From positions 13,516,001 to 13,580,000 of the forward strand of contig OZ116706.1 in the NCBI GenBank assembly GCA_964199315.1: a stretch of 64,000 nt of DNA, written 5' to 3'. The notes under the pieces are model-generated. The model saw only the letters and a program-made list of their open reading frames with translations, did not search any database and was not told the DNA's origin. This document shows positions 59,734 through 64,000 of the stretch, in pieces. The stretch comes from Orbicella franksi. Its lineage: Eukaryota. Position numbers and translations under genes: made by a program. The first letter of the stretch is position 1; each line of letters begins with the position of its first letter.

Positions 59734-60420
59734 TAGTCTGAGCCAAGCACATTTTTTTCTTGGTTAATTGCAGATGCAAAAGGGTTTGAGTATTAGCAGC
59801 AACAAAAAGGAAAGGTATCCCAAAGTTCAATAGCCCAACTATGAAGGCAGAGTTGGTAAGTTTTGCTGCAGAAGTTGCACCATAGTGTGCAATGCCTGAA
59901 GTTGGATTCAATGAAGGTATCATGAAGCATATGCAAGCACACTTTAATGAACAAAGAAGATACAGGAGCCACAAGTCAGATTCCAAGGTAACATTCCTGG
60001 TAAATAAATTTTGTTTTCTCACTATTCCTAGAATGTATTCCATGCACCTGCACTACTGCCCTTCCCTGGGCTCTTTGCTGTACACTTGGGAAGTGTCATT
60101 TTGCAGCTACAAGTAAATGAACCTTTTAAGGGTGGGTAATTTTAACTCAGAATAATTTTCACAACAATATACCCTATTATTTCAGAAAAAGAACTTTTGT
60201 CAATCCAATCCTCACCATTAAAATGCCTCCTTTTCTCTTGTCTGCGTGGTTTTTGGGAAGGGGGTTGAATTAATTTGGGGAAGTGATAAAGTTTAAATTT
60301 TATTATCAATTAATACATCCCTCATTTTCAATATAGGGAAAATGTAGTTTGACAGATGACTCCAACCTTTCTGAACTTCCAACTGCCAAGGTAACTAACA
60401 GTGTTTGATTGTATAAAACA

Positions 60421-60895
60421 AATAGAGAATAATTATACATGGATATACAGTAATTGGTAAAATGTGATTTTTCAGAAGTGTTCAGCTGTATACTTCCAAT
60501 TAAGCAGCCTGAATACATGCTTTTGTTTCATTGTCTATGTACATTTCCTTTCTGTCAGGTAAGGTAAAGTTGACTAATAGTATTTTTTTTTAATTCCAGT
60601 CAGACAGTGAAAACAGTGATATCACTTTCAAGTCCCAACGATTTAAAGCTAGCCAAAAGGTGCATTGTTAATGATCATTTATATTGTACTTTTAGCAATG
60701 TGTTCTAAGAATTTTCAGGATCAATGAAATTGCATGGTCATGCTCTTAGAGAATATTATACATGGATATAATTGGTAAATTGTTATTTTTTTTTTTGCAA
60801 GTGTTTGGCTGTGCAGAGACAGTTTCATAAGCAGCCTGAATGCATACTTTTGTTTCAATGTCTCTGTACATTTTCCTTCTGTCAGGTAAAGTAAC
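60421..60895. repeat. Diverged about 150-bp direct duplication (60421-60570 and 60747-60895)
   Basis: Shared AGAGAATA.TTATACATGGATATA...TAAGCAGCCTGAAT...CTTTTGTTTCA.TGTCT.TGTACATTT...TTCTGTCAGGTAA. Confidence 0.75.
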
Positions 60896-61397
60896 ATAGG
60901 TACACAAGGCATGCAAGAGTTATTTTTTTGTGTGAAGTGTCGGAGATAGGAGCATTCATGGTACAGTAATGATTTGGTTAATTTGACAAGTTTTTTTGGT
61001 TGCGATGTTACAGCGGTCATGGTAAGATAGCTAAATAGTAAGCCATAAAATGGTTGACTGAAAAAACTACAGTAATCTGTTAGTCTCCAGATTAATGTAG
61101 ATACCATGTTATTTTCTAACAGGCAATTTGATTCGTTCTTTGATACAACCCGCACTGTGATTGGTGTGACACGCACACATGACACATGCATAACTCCCTC
61201 ACTTGCCGATCACAAAACCCTTCCAACCCCCAAGAGGAAGTTTTGCTCAAGTTAATTTAGAGACTTTTTCGCACTTTAAACGAGTCGTAAGTTTACCTTT
61301 CTACACAACACAACACAACACAACTTCACCGAAAATAGGAAGAAAGAGAAAAAAACCTGACACGTTGAAAGTCTGATTTAGTTACATTGCACTTTAA

Positions 61398-61760
61398 CTT
61401 GGTGCCATGCAGTCTTCAAAGAACATTTGAACAGTTTTCATATCTCCAACAATGAACTCTTTAAATTGACAGAACAGGAGGACATGAGTATTGTTCTTAC
61501 ACGGAAACAATGGAGTTGGGTTGGCCATGCGCTCTGCAGAGAATCTACCAGCATTTCTAAAGTTGCTCTCAGATGGGCACCAGAAGGTAAAAGAAAAAGA
61601 GGCCATCCAAAATCCACCTGGAGAAGAACTGCAGAAGCAGAACTTCAGGCTTTAAACCTTACCTGGGGGCAAGCTTCATGGCTTGCAAAGGACCGACAGC
61701 AATGGAGACGACTTGTTGATGCCCTATGCGCCACTGGGCGTTTAAAGGACTGATCTCTCT
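61398..61760 (+). pseudogene. RTE-clade LINE 3' end
   Basis: ISNNEL...WSWVGH...ALRWAPEGKRKRGHPKSTWRRT...AKDRQQWR. Confidence 0.88.
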
Positions 61761-61971
61761 CTTAAGTGTGAGAAATTTACAATTTTTCACTTCTGGGATA
61801 AAAGCGGACCAAGTTACTTTGGGAGTGAACTGATTCAGTAAAAACCCATATTTCAGTTGTGCCAGCTTCAACTTAAGAGATGGGGTTTACGTGGCCCATA
61901 TTAATCCCATTAATGGGATTTTTAAACCCAGATTTACCCCAAAAATGTGATTTCATTGCTCCAGTTAAATA

Positions 61972-62063
61972 CCAATGTTGGAATAAAAGTGGCCCTATTA
62001 TTACCCAATATTTGGGATAAAAGTGCCCTATTATAACCCAATATTTGGGATAAAAGTGTCCCT
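61972..62063. repeat. 33-bp tandem repeat, about 2.7 copies
   Basis: CCAATATTTGGGATAAAAGTGCCCTATTATAAC units. Confidence 0.75.
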
Positions 62064-62065
62064 TT

Positions 62066-64000
62066 TGTAATGAAACTGATATCGTGATTGCACGAGCTAT
62101 GACACGCGTGCTAAGATGTATAACGGTTGCATTTGAATGTATACTTGCAAGAGTTCTAAGACTAAGAGATGGTTATATGGCGAGTTCGGGATGCGCAATG
62201 TACTCGTAATACAGCATATATAAGGGACTCACGTTATGGAGTGGCCTGTGTGTGTTAGTAGACTTGCCATGTACAAGTAAGCTAAACGTTGAGAGTCTAG
62301 TAATTAAACCGTTGGCTGTTGGACTCCTTGACTGGAAGTTGTTGTCGCCCACGCGTGTTACATTTTGGTGTCAGAAGTGGGATTCGAATCACGACCAAAG
62401 TCAGCTGAAGTTCAGGTCAGATCGTTTTGTTTTGGTGTAGATAGTTGTCCTGTGAACGGCTGTTGTGTGGTGGTGTAGTAAAGCTGCACGACAAGATATT
62501 TTGACTTGTAGTGGCGTACTGGTTGCTACGAAGCACTCTATGTGGTAGTTGCCGTTGTTTTGGTCGTTAAAAATATATTTTAGGACATTGTTTATTGGTT
62601 GCCGTAGTTAGTTGTGGTTGCCGTTAGTTGGTGGCGTGATCCAGGCAACCGTTAAAGTTTAGTTTAGTAGCGTTGTTTGAACATTGAGCTCTTTTAGGAT
62701 GGCAGCGGCTGATCAGAGTTACTGCGAAGTCCAGTTGGATGCAGAAGAAAATTATTGTGGAGAATTCCATGTGGAACAGGACGTTGTGCAGAATTCGACT
62801 CCGAACGAAAATGGTTGCTATTCCTTCGGTCAAGAATCACCAGCTTCGTTTATGTCAGCTCTCCAGGAATTGGGCAACAGAATTTTGAGTACCAGTGAAG
62901 ACATGGAGCAACGAATGGCCGACAGATTTCAAGAACAAATTGTCCGGCTCGATGAAAAATATGGTGGCTAGATAATGCGGCCCGTGTGGGACCTGGCGGC
63001 GAACCGGAACACGATTTGCATGCTCGAGAACAGGAAGTTCTTCTAGGAAATGCACGAGAACCGGAAATTGGCCGTAGGAACGTGGAAAACCGCCCTCTCT
63101 TGGCAAAACCACTAATTATGCCCTCGCCGTATGATGGAAAGACATCTTATGAGACTGTCAAGTTCAATTCGAACTGATTGCAGAATTAAATGGCTGGAAT
63201 ACGTCTACAATCGCCATTTACCTCGCCGCGAGTTTGTCAGGGTGTGCACAGGCCGTGCTGGCTGATTTAGACGTAAACTCGAGAAGAAATTATCAGGCCC
63301 TCAGGGAAGTGTTGTCGCTGCGGTTCGGTAACAGTGGAAAGATGGAAGTGTTTAGATCACAACTGAAAAGCTGCACCAGAGGAAAGGACGAGTCACTTCC
63401 AGAACTTGCACAGGTGATCCAGCGACTCGTAAGGCAAGCATATCCGGAAGCACCCCTATCTGTGCGGGAAGTTCTAGAAAAGGACTACTTTGTCGAAGCA
63501 ACAGCCGATACGGATATCCGCTGGAAAATACTTCAAACTAGACCAGGAACGATACAAGAAGCCCCCGCCATAGCTACCGAAGTGGAGGCATTTCAACCAA
63601 AAGAATGCGCAAACCAAGAGCAAGATCAGCAGCGATCTCTGCCCGTAGAGCTGGAGGAATTGCTGCATAGAAGTACGGATGGCTTGAATGATGAACAAAT
63701 CGGAGTGTTGACTGACTTGCTGAACGAATATCAAGATGTGTTTGCCACCTCTACAAACCCTTTCGGCCGCACCAGCATAACCCAGCACAAGATTATCACA
63801 GGGGAGTCCAAACCTATCAAGCAAGCACTGAGGCGACTTCCCCTACAATTGAAAGAGAAAGCGAAGGAAGAAGTAGAGAAGATGTTGGCCAAAGGTATTA
63901 TTGAGCCGTCGTCGAGTCCATGGTCTTCTCCCGTAGTCCTGGTGAAGAAGAAAGATGGAACAATACACTTTTGCATAGATTACCGAAAGGTGAACGGGGT
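62066..64000 (+). mobile_element. Second Gypsy element: 5' LTR 62066-62362, gag from 62699, RT start running off the window
   Basis: TGT...ACA LTR; gag PSPYDG and QFELIAELNGW; RT HKIITG..PIKQ and SSPWSSPVVLVKKKDG...FCIDYRKVN. Confidence 0.92.
62366..62388 (+). promoter_or_regulatory. Primer-binding site (tRNA-Leu)
   Basis: TGGTGTCAGAAGTGGGATTCGAA, complementary to a tRNA-Leu 3' end, 3 nt after the LTR. Confidence 0.85.

Overview
Eukaryotic, AT-rich, intron-containing DNA made almost entirely of transposable elements and their decayed remnants. The repeat families look like those of a scleractinian coral or other cnidarian (inference, not checked). No prokaryotic operons, rRNA, true tRNA genes or CRISPR arrays were seen, and no confident host gene. 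Recognisable elements: CR1/L2-type, L1-type and RTE LINEs; tRNA-derived SINEs; two Gypsy elements, a BEL/Pao element and two solo LTRs; a DIRS1-type tyrosine-recombinase retroelement with full ITR/ICR ends; THAP-DDE_Tnp_4 (ISL2EU/PHIS), IS3EU-like, Kolobok, CACTA, hAT, Harbinger, piggyBac-type and TA-flanked DNA elements; and Helentron-type non-autonomous repeats. 19.2-38.0 kb is a deep nest (Gypsy > hAT > BEL > L1 and ISL2EU > SINE). Best leads: (1) a complete 7.1-kb ISL2EU transposon (24243-31343, AT TSD, intact 537-aa transposase) whose second gene splices a SAP-SWIM-YqaJ exonuclease to a USP-like cysteine peptidase domain; (2) a multi-exon transposase remnant at 44.3-50.9 kb with RAG1/Transib-type catalytic and zinc-ligand spacing and a SAP-like insert; (3) a second, orphan USP-like gene remnant; (4) a 2A-like DIEPNPGP motif ahead of PHD-APE-RT in a LINE. 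All protein family calls are by-eye motif recognition; no searches were run.
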